Positions 46,262-56,247 are shown, counted from the first letter of the stretch. The stretch: 64,000 nt of DNA from Bacilli bacterium (GCA_050953085.1 JBMNLX010000002.1:9866-73865); one strand, 5' to 3'. The notes: generated by a model not told the origin, from the letters alone. Numbers and translations are program-made.

Positions 46262-47428
46262 TTACCGGCTTTGACCCATCGCCTCGAGTGCGCCCTCGTG
46301 AACGATTTTCCCGTCCTTGGTGACGAGAATCGAGGCGACGATTTCGTCGTCAAGGTTCAATTCGATCTTGCCGTTCTTGGCGACGTAACTTAACAAATTA
46401 TAAATATTTTGCGCGAACATCCAAGTCGAGCTGGCGGGAATCATCCCGGGAATATTTTTAATCCCGATAATCGTTACCCCGTGACGCGTCTCCTTCGTTC
46501 CCGGCGGCGTGATCTCGCAATTACCGCCCTGGTCGATCGAGACATCGACGATGCAACTTCCCGGCTTCATCTTCTTAACCATTTCCTCGGTGACGATAAT
46601 CGGAGCGAGTTTTCCGGGAACAAGCGCCGACAGGAAGACGATGTCCGCCGCAAGAATCTTTTCCTCAAGGTTTTTCCGTTCGACCTCGAGCCATTTCTCG
46701 GGAAGACTGCGGGCGAATTTCCCGTCCGCGCTCACGGCAACTTCGGCCGGAACCTCCAAATCGATGATTCTCGCGCCCAACGATTTCGCCTGCTCCGCGG
46801 CCTCGGGCCGAATATCGGCGGCGTGGACGGTGGCGCCCAATCCGCGGGCCGTGGCGATCGCCCGGAGCCCGGCGACGCCCGCGCCGACGACCACGACGCT
46901 CGCGGGCGGGAGCATCCCGACGGCGCTCGCGACCGGCGGAACGAATTTCCCGATCTCGTCGATCGCCATAATCATTCCCTTATAACCCGCGCAGGTGCTC
47001 ATTGAGGACAGGGCGTCCATCGATTGCGCGCGGCTGATGCGGGGAACGCCGTCAAGCGTGAGGCCGATAATCCCTCTTTCCGCCATCATCCGGACAAGTT
47101 CGTGATTGGCGGGAGCGGCCGGGTGAAGAAAAGTAATCAAATATTGACCGCTCTTCATCATATCGATTTCGTGTTTTTCTTTTTCTTGGTTATAACGCGG
47201 TTCTTTTACCTTCAAAATAACGTCGGCCCGCGCGGCGATAACTTCCGGATCGTCCACCAACACGGCGCCCGCTTCCTGATACGCCGCGTCGGAATAAAAT
47301 GACTTCAGGCCGGCGTTGGTCTCGACAAGAACGGTATGACCGCTTTCGATCATTTTTTTTACCGTCTCCGGCGTGCCGGCGACGCGTCGTTCTCCCGGCA
47401 TTATTTCTTTTAAAATTCCAATAACCAT
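46262..47428 (-). CDS. pntA: NAD(P) transhydrogenase subunit alpha part 1
   Basis: Alanine-dehydrogenase-like fold with VVVVGAGVAGL Rossmann motif. GGAGGAT RBS before ATG 47428. Confidence 0.9.
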   Translation of the reverse strand: MVIGILKEIMPGERRVAGTPETVKKMIESGHTVLVETNAGLKSFYSDAAYQEAGAVLVDDPEVIAARADVILKVKEPRYNQEKEKHEIDMMKSGQYLITFLHPAAPANHELVRMMAERGIIGLTLDGVPRISRAQSMDALSSMSTCAGYKGMIMAIDEIGKFVPPVASAVGMLPPASVVVVGAGVAGLRAIATARGLGATVHAADIRPEAAEQAKSLGARIIDLEVPAEVAVSADGKFARSLPEKWLEVERKNLEEKILAADIVFLSALVPGKLAPIIVTEEMVKKMKPGSCIVDVSIDQGGNCEITPPGTKETRHGVTIIGIKNIPGMIPASSTWMFAQNIYNLLSYVAKNGKIELNLDDEIVASILVTKDGKIVHEGALEAMGQSR

Positions 47429-47585
47429 ATTATCCTCCAAATTGTCGTTATTAGCGGCGGCGTCCCGAAAAAACGCTTGTTTTCGCTCGCCGCCGGTAAT
47501 CCGAGATAATTATAACACAAAAAAAGGAAAGATATCAATCGTTTTCATTATAAAATTACAAACTCCGCCGGGCGGCGCCATCCGG

Positions 47586-48350
47586 TTATTCGCCGTTTTT
47601 CGCGATATCCCGGGCCAAGCGCTCGCTTAGGAAACGGTAACTGTCTTCCGTCATTTCCGGGGTCGATTCGTGACCGGTCGCGTACTTTTTAAAGACGACG
47701 TCCTCGCCCCGAAGCAACTCGCTCAGTTCCTCGGCGTAAACCGGCGGCACGATAACGTCCTCGGTCCCGCCGGAAAGAAACAGGCTTTTCCCCTTAAACC
47801 TTTGCCAGTTAAGGAGCGGGTCCTCCGAACGGTAGCTTGCGAGATTGACGGCGTAATATTCGTCGCGCGCGAACCCGTACGCTTCCCGTTTGCGTTCGTA
47901 AAACGCGCAAAACGAGGGCGAGCCGACGATGCTCACGGCGGTTTTCGCCTCGGGCATAAAGGACGCAAGATAGAGAGCAATCGCCGCCCCCATCGACACC
48001 CCGTACGCGTAGACGGCGTCCGTGTTAAAGCCGCGCTTGTCTTTATAGTATTTGCGGTAAATAAGCTCGGCTTCCCGCGCGGTCCTGATAATAATGTTCA
48101 CGATTTCCTTTTGGCGGCGGCTATTGTCCCAATTCGCGAAAAAAGCGGGCGAGCGCTCGCCGTGCAAGTAAGCGTCGGGGGCGACGATCAAAAACCCGAG
48201 ATCCGCGAGCGCCTCCGCCCGGTCGCCAACGCCCGTTTTCCGCTCGCCGGTAAAACCGTGAAAGAAAAAAAGCAGACGGCGCGGCGCGCGGTCTTCTTTT
48301 TGATACTCGGTGACGGGAATCCCGTCCAAAATCATGTCTTTTATAATCAT
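47586..48350 (-). CDS. alpha/beta hydrolase (S9/dienelactone hydrolase-like)
   Basis: GVSMGA nucleophile elbow. HGF oxyanion-region motif. Confidence 0.7.
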   Translation of the reverse strand: MIIKDMILDGIPVTEYQKEDRAPRRLLFFFHGFTGERKTGVGDRAEALADLGFLIVAPDAYLHGERSPAFFANWDNSRRQKEIVNIIIRTAREAELIYRKYYKDKRGFNTDAVYAYGVSMGAAIALYLASFMPEAKTAVSIVGSPSFCAFYERKREAYGFARDEYYAVNLASYRSEDPLLNWQRFKGKSLFLSGGTEDVIVPPVYAEELSELLRGEDVVFKKYATGHESTPEMTEDSYRFLSERLARDIAKNGE

Positions 48351-48458
48351 CTTGGCTAATCTCCTCCGGTGAAATTATATCACGGCGGCGGCGAAATGTA
48401 TATATATATGATTGCCATCCGCCGCTTTTTTATGATATAATGGGAGCGGGTGATGACA

Positions 48459-49145
48459 ATGTGCGGCCGTTTCGCGATCGCGTCCAGCAAAGACGAGATG
48501 CTCGAGTATTTACAGGAATATTTTGATATTTACGACCCGGGGATCGAGTTCCGTCTTCCCCGGTACAATATCGCCCCCGGCGAAATGATTCCGGCAGTGG
48601 TTTACGAAGGCGATCGCCGGTATTTCCGCCTTTTGAAATGGGGTTTCGTTCCCGGCTTCGCCCGGAAAGACGCGAAACCGTTAAGATTAATAAACGCGAA
48701 ATCGGAAACGGTCAGGGAAAAGCCCGCTTTCCGCTCCGCCTTCCGGCGGCGGCGCTGCCTGATACCCGTTACCGGTTTCTTCGAATGGCAAGCGACGGGA
48801 AAAGGGAAAGTCCCTTACTACATCACCGTCAAAAACCGGCCGATTTTCGCCCTCGCCGGCATTTGGGACGAGTACCGGACCGCGACGGGAGAGGCGGGCG
48901 CCGCCTGCGCAATCCTGACGACCGCGGCGGGCGGGGAATTGCTTTCAATCCACGAGCGGATGCCGGTTATCGTCGACGAGACGAATTTTGGCCCGTGGCT
49001 TGACGACGGGATCGATCCCGGGAAACTTGGGGCGTTATTTTTCTCGATTCCCGGCGAGCGCTTGGCGCTCGCGGAAGTCTCGACGGCCGTAAACCGGCCG
49101 GCGAACGATACCATCGAATGCGTAACGCCCGTTAACAAACGCTAA
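48459..49145 (+). CDS. SOS response-associated peptidase (SRAP/YedK family)
   Basis: MCGRF N-terminus (catalytic Cys2). Family-typical length. Confidence 0.85.
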   Translation: MCGRFAIASSKDEMLEYLQEYFDIYDPGIEFRLPRYNIAPGEMIPAVVYEGDRRYFRLLKWGFVPGFARKDAKPLRLINAKSETVREKPAFRSAFRRRRCLIPVTGFFEWQATGKGKVPYYITVKNRPIFALAGIWDEYRTATGEAGAACAILTTAAGGELLSIHERMPVIVDETNFGPWLDDGIDPGKLGALFFSIPGERLALAEVSTAVNRPANDTIECVTPVNKR

Positions 49146-49180
49146 TAAAAAACAAAGGCCAGCGCCGAGCTGGCCTTTTT
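49146..49180. terminator. bidirectional intrinsic terminator
   Basis: AAAGGCCAGC-gccga-GCTGGCCTTT, flanked by A and T runs. Confidence 0.85.
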
Positions 49181-49278
49181 TCCGGGCGAGGCCCGGTATC
49201 GGGAAGCAACTAAATACCTTATTTTTGTCATAGACTCCCATCATAAAACAAACGCAACAAAACCGATTGCTAAGAAAA

Positions 49279-49551
49279 TTACTGTACTAAACTGGTGAGT
49301 TGTTTGCCGGCTTTGAACTTGATGACTTTCTTCGCGGGGATCATAATCTTTTCTTTCGTTTTCGGATTCAATCCCATGCGCGCCGGACGTTCGCCGACTT
49401 TAAGGGAAAAGACGCCTGTTAACTGGACATCTCCCCCGGCCGCAAGTTCCTCGCTGATCGCGCTAACGAAAGCGTCCAACGCCCGTTCGGCGTCGGCTTT
49501 TGTCAACGAGGCTTTCTCCGCCATTTTTTCAACAAGTTGTTTTTTGGTCAT
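49279..49551 (-). CDS. hup: DNA-binding protein HU
   Basis: MTKKQLVEKMAEK...GERPARMGLNPKTKEKI. GGAAAGGA RBS. Confidence 0.9.
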   Translation of the reverse strand: MTKKQLVEKMAEKASLTKADAERALDAFVSAISEELAAGGDVQLTGVFSLKVGERPARMGLNPKTKEKIMIPAKKVIKFKAGKQLTSLVQ

Positions 49552-49586
49552 CCTCAATCCTTTCCAGGTATTTAGTCGTCAGTTTT

Positions 49587-49614
49587 ATTATATCACCATA
49601 ATTCCTAATGTCAA
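49587..49614 (-). promoter_or_regulatory. near-consensus promoter of hup
   Basis: Minus strand TTGACA, 16 nt, TGaTATAAT. Confidence 0.7.
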
Positions 49615-49667
49615 TAAACTTTATGGCTTTTTTTGTATTTTTTTGTCATAAATAGCGGAAAAAAACC

Positions 49668-50228
49668 TTATTCCGTTAATAATTGCTTCACCAAAGCGCG
49701 AAAAGTGTCCATGCTTTCCCCGTGTTTCGGGAACCAATGCATGACGTCGGCGTGATTGCTCGCGATTCCCAGGCGATAGCCCTCGCAGTGGGTGATAATG
49801 TCGCGCTCGCTAAGGCCGTATAGCCGGCAAAGATAGGCGCATAGTTCCGCCGCCCGCCGGAATACCTTCCGGAAATAATCTTCGCGCATGGCGGCGTCAT
49901 AGCCGATCATTTCCGGGCCGCGATAAGTATGCCCCGCCGGCTCGCAAATCTCAAAGCCGATATGGGTGTCGTTGGCCTTCCCGCCGGCATGCCAGCCGCG
50001 ATGATCCCAAGGCAAATACTGATAAATATCCTTATCGTCCAAAAACGCGTGCACGCAGACTTGGCGGTCGGTCTCGCCGGCCTTGTATGATTTGTTCCAG
50101 CGCGCGAACCACTCGCCGGCCATCACCCCGGGGGTCGCCGTCGAATGAACCATGATGCCCTTGGGCGTTATTTTCCGCCCGGCGAGATAACAATCGTTAC
50201 GAATCATAAATTTTTCGATAATCTTCAT
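49668..50228 (-). CDS. N-acetylmuramoyl-L-alanine amidase (Amidase_2/PGRP fold)
   Basis: About 186 aa with His/Cys zinc-ligand pattern (MVHSTA..., HAF..., HC). Confidence 0.65.
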   Translation of the reverse strand: MKIIEKFMIRNDCYLAGRKITPKGIMVHSTATPGVMAGEWFARWNKSYKAGETDRQVCVHAFLDDKDIYQYLPWDHRGWHAGGKANDTHIGFEICEPAGHTYRGPEMIGYDAAMREDYFRKVFRRAAELCAYLCRLYGLSERDIITHCEGYRLGIASNHADVMHWFPKHGESMDTFRALVKQLLTE

Positions 50229-50320
50229 TTTTTCCTTCTCTCCTTCGCATCAATTATACACGATGTATCGCTTCCTGACAATCCCCCAGGGAAAATTGTC
50301 GTTTTTTAGGAGGTTTTTGA

Positions 50321-51481
50321 TTATGAGTAAATCCTCCCGAAAACGACGTTTTCCTCGGCGTAAAACGCAAACATCTCCGAGACGGTCACGAACTCATATC
50401 CAGCCGCGAGCAAATAATTAATCACGGCCTCAATGACCGTTTTGTGCCGGCCGTTGTCATGAAAAAGGATCACGGCGCGATCGCTTAAACCCGCGATCAC
50501 GTTTTGATAGACGGCCTGCCCGTCGCGGTAGCGCCAATCCTCGGAATCGCAATTCCACAACACCACCGGCAAAGCGATCCCCGGCAAAAGGTCGCGGTAA
50601 TAGTGCCCGTAGGGAAAACGGAAATGTTTCGGGTAGGAGCGCGTCGCGCGGTAGATCGCATCCCTGGCGGCGGCGATTTCCCGAGCCGCCGCGGCCGGCG
50701 AGAGATCGGTAAAATCGGGATGGGAATAGGAATGATTGCCGAGCTCGTGCCCGGAAGCGTGGATATAGGCGGCGGCCTCGGGATATAGTCGCGCCCTTTC
50801 GCCCAAAAGGAAAAACGTCGCCTTGACCCCGTAGGAGTCAAGCAGATCGACGAGTTGCTTCGTCGCGGGACCCGGCCCGTCGTCAAACGTCAAGGCCGCG
50901 AGCCGCGCCGGCTTTTCCGGTTTCGCGGAAGCGGCCTCCCCGCCGCCCAAATTAGGGAGTCTCACCTCAATATAGTTGGCGTCGTAGTCAAGCGGGTAGA
51001 AAAAAATAATCTCGGAACTCCCGATGGAGTATTTAAAATACTTCAAGTCGTTCTCGGTAATCGCGTAGCCCCGTTTTTCCATTTCCCGCGCGAGCCGCGG
51101 CAAATACTTCTCTTTTAAGGCCGACGCGCTTAAAACGAGCGGTTGACCGTCGTCGGCGCGGTAATTATAGGCGCGCTTGATTTTCCGAATCGTTTTCCCC
51201 TCGCGGTAAACGTGAAAATCAAACAAATAGCTTAAAACGGCTTCGTCCCCGCGCGTCTCGTAAACGACGGTAACCTCGCCTTTTTCCTCTCGGTAGCTTT
51301 CGTTCAGCTTAACGAACAACTCGAAAACTTCCCGGTCGATATCCGCGTTTATCGCGATCCCGGCGACCGCGGAACTATCAAAGGCCGCGCCCGCCGACTC
51401 CGGCTCGCACGCAACTTTCCCTCCCGCGAAAAGCAAAAACAAACAACCCAGCGCGTTCGCAAACAACATTATTTTTTTCAT
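50321..51481 (-). CDS. polysaccharide deacetylase (NodB domain) with N-terminal extra domain, probably exported
   Basis: TFDDGP and HSYSHP NodB motifs. MKKIMLFANALGCLFLLFAGG signal-like N-terminus from ATG 51481. Confidence 0.8.
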   Translation of the reverse strand: MKKIMLFANALGCLFLLFAGGKVACEPESAGAAFDSSAVAGIAINADIDREVFELFVKLNESYREEKGEVTVVYETRGDEAVLSYLFDFHVYREGKTIRKIKRAYNYRADDGQPLVLSASALKEKYLPRLAREMEKRGYAITENDLKYFKYSIGSSEIIFFYPLDYDANYIEVRLPNLGGGEAASAKPEKPARLAALTFDDGPGPATKQLVDLLDSYGVKATFFLLGERARLYPEAAAYIHASGHELGNHSYSHPDFTDLSPAAAAREIAAARDAIYRATRSYPKHFRFPYGHYYRDLLPGIALPVVLWNCDSEDWRYRDGQAVYQNVIAGLSDRAVILFHDNGRHKTVIEAVINYLLAAGYEFVTVSEMFAFYAEENVVFGRIYS

Positions 51482-51575
51482 CGCGTCACCGCTTTTATTG
51501 TTTATAAATATCAAAAATTTCATTCCCTGCAAAATAAGCCAAGAAAAAATAAAAGCCGCGAAACTGCGGCTTCTT

Positions 51576-52253
51576 TTACAATATTTCTTCCAGCGCTTTT
51601 CTGTCGGTTATGAGAATCTTGCGCGGGGTGATGAACTTGATCCAGCGTTTCTCGCGAAACAGGGCGAATTTCCGGCTCAGCGTTTCCCGGCTCATGCCGA
51701 TTTGGCTCGCGAAATTCCCTTTCGTGGTGTTTAAAACGACGACGTTGTTTTTATCGGCGCGACTGAGCAACACGCGCGCCAGGCGCCATTCCACGGAATG
51801 GAGGTTAATCCCCTCGATCAGCTCTTCCAGGACCGAAAGACGCTTGCTTAACTCTTCGATAATTTTCATCCCGACCGCGGGATGTTTTTCGATTAACTTT
51901 TTTAAATGCTCGCCGTCGATAACGCATAAAGAGGATTCTTCGACGGCGACGGCGTAGTCCGCCGGTGGCGCCGAGCCGAAGAGCGAAAGCTCGCCGACGA
52001 ATTCCCCGGGGCCGGCGACGCGGATAATCTGCTCGCGGCCGTCATCGGTATAACGCGAGATTTTTATTTTCCCCTCGTGAACGATATAAAGTCTCTTCCC
52101 GGCCTCGCCGGGGGAATAGACGATCCCGCCTTTCTCGTAAAACCGATGCGCCGCCAGGGCGCGGATTTCTTGTTTCTCCTCGGCGCTTAAAAACGCGAAG
52201 ATCGGCACGAGATCGACGCAGGAAGCAAAATCACGGCAGCTGTCGCGCTCCAT
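51576..52253 (-). CDS. Crp/Fnr family transcriptional regulator
   Basis: cNMP-binding-like barrel (GEFVGELSLFG) and a C-terminal HTH (ASQIGMSRETLSRKF). ATG 52253 lies 4 nt after the ATPase stop. Confidence 0.85.
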   Translation of the reverse strand: MERDSCRDFASCVDLVPIFAFLSAEEKQEIRALAAHRFYEKGGIVYSPGEAGKRLYIVHEGKIKISRYTDDGREQIIRVAGPGEFVGELSLFGSAPPADYAVAVEESSLCVIDGEHLKKLIEKHPAVGMKIIEELSKRLSVLEELIEGINLHSVEWRLARVLLSRADKNNVVVLNTTKGNFASQIGMSRETLSRKFALFREKRWIKFITPRKILITDRKALEEIL

Positions 52254-52257
52254 TTTC

Positions 52258-54105
52258 TCACCCTTTCTTTTTCTTCTTATATATTTTACCATAATTTAAA
52301 AGTCTTGCGGCGTTAACGATAACCAATAACACGGAAATCTCGTGGACGAGCATTCCCAAGGCAAGGCTCACCTTGCCGGTCAAGACGCCCAAAAGCAACG
52401 CCGCCGCGACCGCCAGGGCGAAGAAAATGTTTTGTTTTAAGATTCTCCCGGTCGCGCGCGAAAGCCCGAAGGCATAGTTCAGGGTGTCGAGCCTGTCGCC
52501 CATTAAGACGATATCGGCCGTCTCCATGACCGCTTCTTTCCCGGCGCCGCCGATGGCGACGCCAAGATCGGCGGAAGCGAGCGCCGGGGCGTCGTTCACG
52601 CCGTCGCCGACCATGACGACGGTCGCGTAATCGGCTTTCAGGCGGGCGAGGATCGCCGCTTTATCGGCGGGCAACAGCTCGCCGTAATACTCGTCGACCC
52701 CGACCTCGGTCCCGACCGCCCGCGCCGCGCGATGACTGTCACCGGAAAGCATGACGATTTTCTCAATTCCCTGCCGCTTAAGACCGGTTATCGTCGACCG
52801 CGCCTCGGGCCGGACGGCGTCCGCGATCGCGATAACCGCGAGCGTCTTTTCTTCGTCGCTTAAAAAGACCGCGGTCGCTCCCGCCAATTCGGGCAGTCCG
52901 GGGGGCGTGAGGCCGTTTTCTTTTAGAAACCTGTCGCTTCCCGCAAAATATACTTTTCCTTTATACTTAAACTTGATTCCCCGTCCGGTAAGGATCTCGA
53001 CGTTTTCGCATTCCCCCGCCTCAATTTCCCGTTCCCGCGCCGCCGCGACAATCGCCTTGGCGAGCGGGTGCTCGGAATAAGCCTCCCCCGCCGCCGCGAT
53101 CGCGAGCGCTTCTTCCTCGGCGAGACCGTAAGTTATGATTTCCCGTACCGCGGGCTCGCCGCGCGAGATCGTTCCCGTCTTATCCAGGGCGACCGCGCGG
53201 GCGGAGGCGAGTTTTTCGATGATCTCCCCGCCTTTAAAGAGGACGCCGCGCCGGGCGCCGTTGCCGATGCCGGCGACTAAAGAGACGGGCGTCGATATAA
53301 CGAGCGCCCCGGGGCAAGCGATAACAAGCAGGGTAAGCGCCATCCTAAGATCCCGCTTAACAAGATACAAGATTACGGCCAGGATAACGACCGCGGGCGT
53401 GTAATATTTCGCGAACCGTTCGATAAACTTTTCCGTTTTCGCTTTCTTATCCTGCGCTTCTTCAACCATCTCCAAGATTCTTGCCAATGTCGTGTCCTCG
53501 CCGACCTTCACGGCGCGGATTTTCAAATACCCGGCCTCGGCGATCGTTCCGGAATATACCCAAGCGGCCGTCTCTTTTTCCACGGGGAGGCTCTCTCCCG
53601 TTATCGTCGCCTCGTTAACGGCAGCCTGGCCTTCGAGGACGACGCCGTCAACGGGGATTTTCTCCCCCGGCTTCACAAGAACAACATCGCCCGCGCGCAC
53701 CTCTTCGGGACTGATTTCTTTCTCGACCCCGTCGGTTATGACCCTCGCCGTCGCCGGCGCGAGAAGCAAAAGTTCCCTGAGCGCCGAGCGGGTCTTATCG
53801 ATCGTCCGCGCCTCCAGATAATCGCCGAACATGAAAAGGAAAGAGACGGCGGCCGCTTCCCAGTACTCGCCGATTATAGTCGCTCCGACGACGGCGATCG
53901 TGACCAAAAGCTCGATGCTGAAGACGAGACGGCGAAGCGAGAACAACGCCTTCCGGAAAATCGGGAAACCGGAGACAATCGTCGCAAGAATCATTAAGAC
54001 GATCGTTGGGACCCGGTAGCCGAGAATTTTATAGAGAATAAAGGCCGGGACGATTAAAACGGCGGCCGCGATAAGCCTTTGTTTTTTGGTTATACGGAGC
54101 GTCAA
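52258..54105 (-). CDS. heavy-metal-type P1B ATPase lacking an N-terminal metal-binding domain, TM motif CPG
   Basis: DKTGT, TGES and GDGVNDAP motifs. TM6 reads ACPGALV where CPC is usual. Confidence 0.85.
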   Translation of the reverse strand: MTLRITKKQRLIAAAVLIVPAFILYKILGYRVPTIVLMILATIVSGFPIFRKALFSLRRLVFSIELLVTIAVVGATIIGEYWEAAAVSFLFMFGDYLEARTIDKTRSALRELLLLAPATARVITDGVEKEISPEEVRAGDVVLVKPGEKIPVDGVVLEGQAAVNEATITGESLPVEKETAAWVYSGTIAEAGYLKIRAVKVGEDTTLARILEMVEEAQDKKAKTEKFIERFAKYYTPAVVILAVILYLVKRDLRMALTLLVIACPGALVISTPVSLVAGIGNGARRGVLFKGGEIIEKLASARAVALDKTGTISRGEPAVREIITYGLAEEEALAIAAAGEAYSEHPLAKAIVAAAREREIEAGECENVEILTGRGIKFKYKGKVYFAGSDRFLKENGLTPPGLPELAGATAVFLSDEEKTLAVIAIADAVRPEARSTITGLKRQGIEKIVMLSGDSHRAARAVGTEVGVDEYYGELLPADKAAILARLKADYATVVMVGDGVNDAPALASADLGVAIGGAGKEAVMETADIVLMGDRLDTLNYAFGLSRATGRILKQNIFFALAVAAALLLGVLTGKVSLALGMLVHEISVLLVIVNAARLLNYGKIYKKKKKG

Positions 54106-54106
54106 A

Positions 54107-54322
54107 TTATTTTACCCCGATAACTTTGTAACCGGTTTTCTCGATCACTCTTTTCAACTCGTCGGCGCTGACGACCTCCTCGTCATAGGTTAGTTTCGCT
54201 CGCGAAGAGATAAATGCGACTTCGGCCGCGCCGACTCCTTTTGTTTTGCGTAGAATTTGCGCGATTTTGCTTGCGCATGTCGGGCAAGACAATGTTTCCA
54301 ATTGAAATACTTTGTTTGTCAT
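54107..54322 (-). CDS. heavy-metal-associated (CopZ-like) domain protein
   Basis: 71 aa with a CPTC metal-binding loop. CAGGAGG RBS. Confidence 0.8.
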   Translation of the reverse strand: MTNKVFQLETLSCPTCASKIAQILRKTKGVGAAEVAFISSRAKLTYDEEVVSADELKRVIEKTGYKVIGVK

Positions 54323-54356
54323 GATAAAACCTCCTGAATTATTTATTTACGCTTAT

Positions 54357-54398
54357 ATTATACGCAAAATCGGCCGCTAACTTTTTGACTTAGGTCAA
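54357..54398 (-). promoter_or_regulatory. -10 element plus TTGAC-N4-GTCAA Crp/Fnr-type box replacing the -35
   Basis: Minus strand TATAAT at 54362-54357. The perfect palindrome TTGACTTAGGTCAA at 54385-54398 is centred about 41.5 nt upstream of the inferred start. The -35 hexamer is poor. Confidence 0.55.
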
Positions 54399-54403
54399 AA
54401 AAT

Positions 54404-54442
54404 GAAAAAAGAATTATCCCGTGACGGGATAATCCTTTTTTT
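54404..54442. terminator. bidirectional intrinsic terminator
   Basis: ATTATCCCG-tga-CGGGATAAT, flanked by A and T runs. Confidence 0.75.
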
Positions 54443-54468
54443 ATTAAACTTAGTCTTTTATGTAACCG

Positions 54469-56082
54469 TTATTTAACGTGAACATACGCTATTTCGACGA
54501 CTTCATAAATAACCGGAAGATTGAGTTTTATCTCATGGTCGGTCGTCGCAATCTCCCACAACAAATCAAAATCAATATCGTCCGCGGATTCGAAACTCAG
54601 AACCGCGTACGGCAGGTACGGCGAGATATTAATCTTGGCGCGAACGCGCTCAAGACGGTACTTCTCGAGATTACCGTTATGGTACACGTTAAGGTTGATA
54701 TTAATAATCTTTTCCTTCTCCTTCGCGATGAAATTCCGCGCTTTTTCTATTTCGGCTTTGCTCGTTAACTCGAAGCATGCAACCGTCTCGCGTCGATTGA
54801 TATACTTGATAACGATATCTTTTATTCCCGTTTTCGGTTTTTCATATTCAATCACGCTCTTATAACTAACGACGTCACAGGTTCCGATCCGCGGGATGTA
54901 TCTGTCGACAAGGATCGTCATGTTATCATCGTCGTCCAAATAAACTCCTAAGATTGTATGTCGGTTCGACCCCGAAGGTTCGTAATGAGAATAGATCACG
55001 AGTCCCGATTCCGCAAAAAATTCCTCGTCATAAAAGATTATCTGGCCGTATTCGGAAACAAAATCCAAATAATCTTGATAAGTGTCGATTCGCGCCGATT
55101 TATTGATATTTACATGATACCCGGCATATAAGCCCCGATATTTTACGGGAATCTCCCGGCCAAGGTCGTCGCGGGCGGACGGTTTCGGATAATGAAATGT
55201 TTCCGTGTCCGTCGCCTCCCGCAAGAATTCCAACTTTAAGGAGATGAGATCGTCCGTCCCGGCAATATCGACCAACAAATCCAAATCAATATCCTCCGGA
55301 GAAGCGAACTTGACAGCGACGGAAGGTATGTATCCGCTCGCGATCAAATCACCCTTGACGCGCGAAAGGCCGTACTTTTCCGCGTTTCTCTCGTTGAATC
55401 CTTTATATGGTTCCCCGGGCTCGGGATGCTCGAGAAACCGCGCGTCGAGACGGACTTCGACGATATCGTCGCGATTCCCGGCAAGGAATTCCCCGACAAC
55501 TTTTTTGCATGCCTCGCCGTCGAGGACAAAATCCTCGCGTTTATAATAGGAAGTAACATATTTAAGATAGATATCGGCGACTTCCCGCTCCGGCTTCTCG
55601 TATTCCACCGCGAACAGGTATTCGGCCACGTCATCGGTGCGGATGTACGGCGCCGTCACATCGACGACGATTATCAAATTGTCCGCGTCGTCCAAATAAA
55701 CGCCGGCAAGCTCATGTCGGATCGATCCCGACGGTTCCCATCTGTAAAAGAGGATTAGACCGGAGGACGCGAAAAAGCCTTCGTCGTAATCGTCGATCTT
55801 TTCGTAAACTTCCGCGATATCATGTCGGGATATGAAATCCAAGTAATCCCGATAATCGTCAATCCTGACGAAATTCTCGTCTCCGAGAACGGGTCTGACC
55901 GCGAAATACCTGATTATTGAGTCGTCGTAATCAAGCGGGGTCCCCTCGCTCGGAACGGGGTTTTTTTTCGCGGAGCCGGTCAAATCGGGATTCTCGACCG
56001 GCGGCGGGAAAACGCCCGCGTAAAAACAGCCGGACAATAAAGAAAGCGATAATGCAAGGATAAAGAACCTCAATATTTTCAT
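54469..56082 (-). CDS. lipoprotein of unknown function with an internal tandem duplication
   Basis: Lipobox LLSGC. Two ~240-aa repeats share RIDxYxDYLDF, EPSGSxRH, GVYLDDxDN and EYEKP. Confidence 0.7.
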   Translation of the reverse strand: MKILRFFILALSLSLLSGCFYAGVFPPPVENPDLTGSAKKNPVPSEGTPLDYDDSIIRYFAVRPVLGDENFVRIDDYRDYLDFISRHDIAEVYEKIDDYDEGFFASSGLILFYRWEPSGSIRHELAGVYLDDADNLIIVVDVTAPYIRTDDVAEYLFAVEYEKPEREVADIYLKYVTSYYKREDFVLDGEACKKVVGEFLAGNRDDIVEVRLDARFLEHPEPGEPYKGFNERNAEKYGLSRVKGDLIASGYIPSVAVKFASPEDIDLDLLVDIAGTDDLISLKLEFLREATDTETFHYPKPSARDDLGREIPVKYRGLYAGYHVNINKSARIDTYQDYLDFVSEYGQIIFYDEEFFAESGLVIYSHYEPSGSNRHTILGVYLDDDDNMTILVDRYIPRIGTCDVVSYKSVIEYEKPKTGIKDIVIKYINRRETVACFELTSKAEIEKARNFIAKEKEKIININLNVYHNGNLEKYRLERVRAKINISPYLPYAVLSFESADDIDFDLLWEIATTDHEIKLNLPVIYEVVEIAYVHVK

Positions 56083-56247
56083 AACATACTCCCTCTCTAT
56101 TTTCGTTAAATTTCAATCGGGGCGCCCGCGTCAAAAGTCTTTTACGGCGCCGCGCATCACAAACGCGAACATTACCGCCGCGGATTATCGCGAGCCGGAA
56201 CATACTTTTCAAAAACCAAAGTATTATAAGCTTATCGCTCGCCGTTA

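Noticed and set aside
48459-51481. SRAP peptidase, HU, Amidase_2 and deacetylase as a prophage remnant
   Set aside because: There are no integrase, capsid, terminase, holin or att-like repeats. The genes are separated by strong terminators and have ordinary chromosomal promoters.
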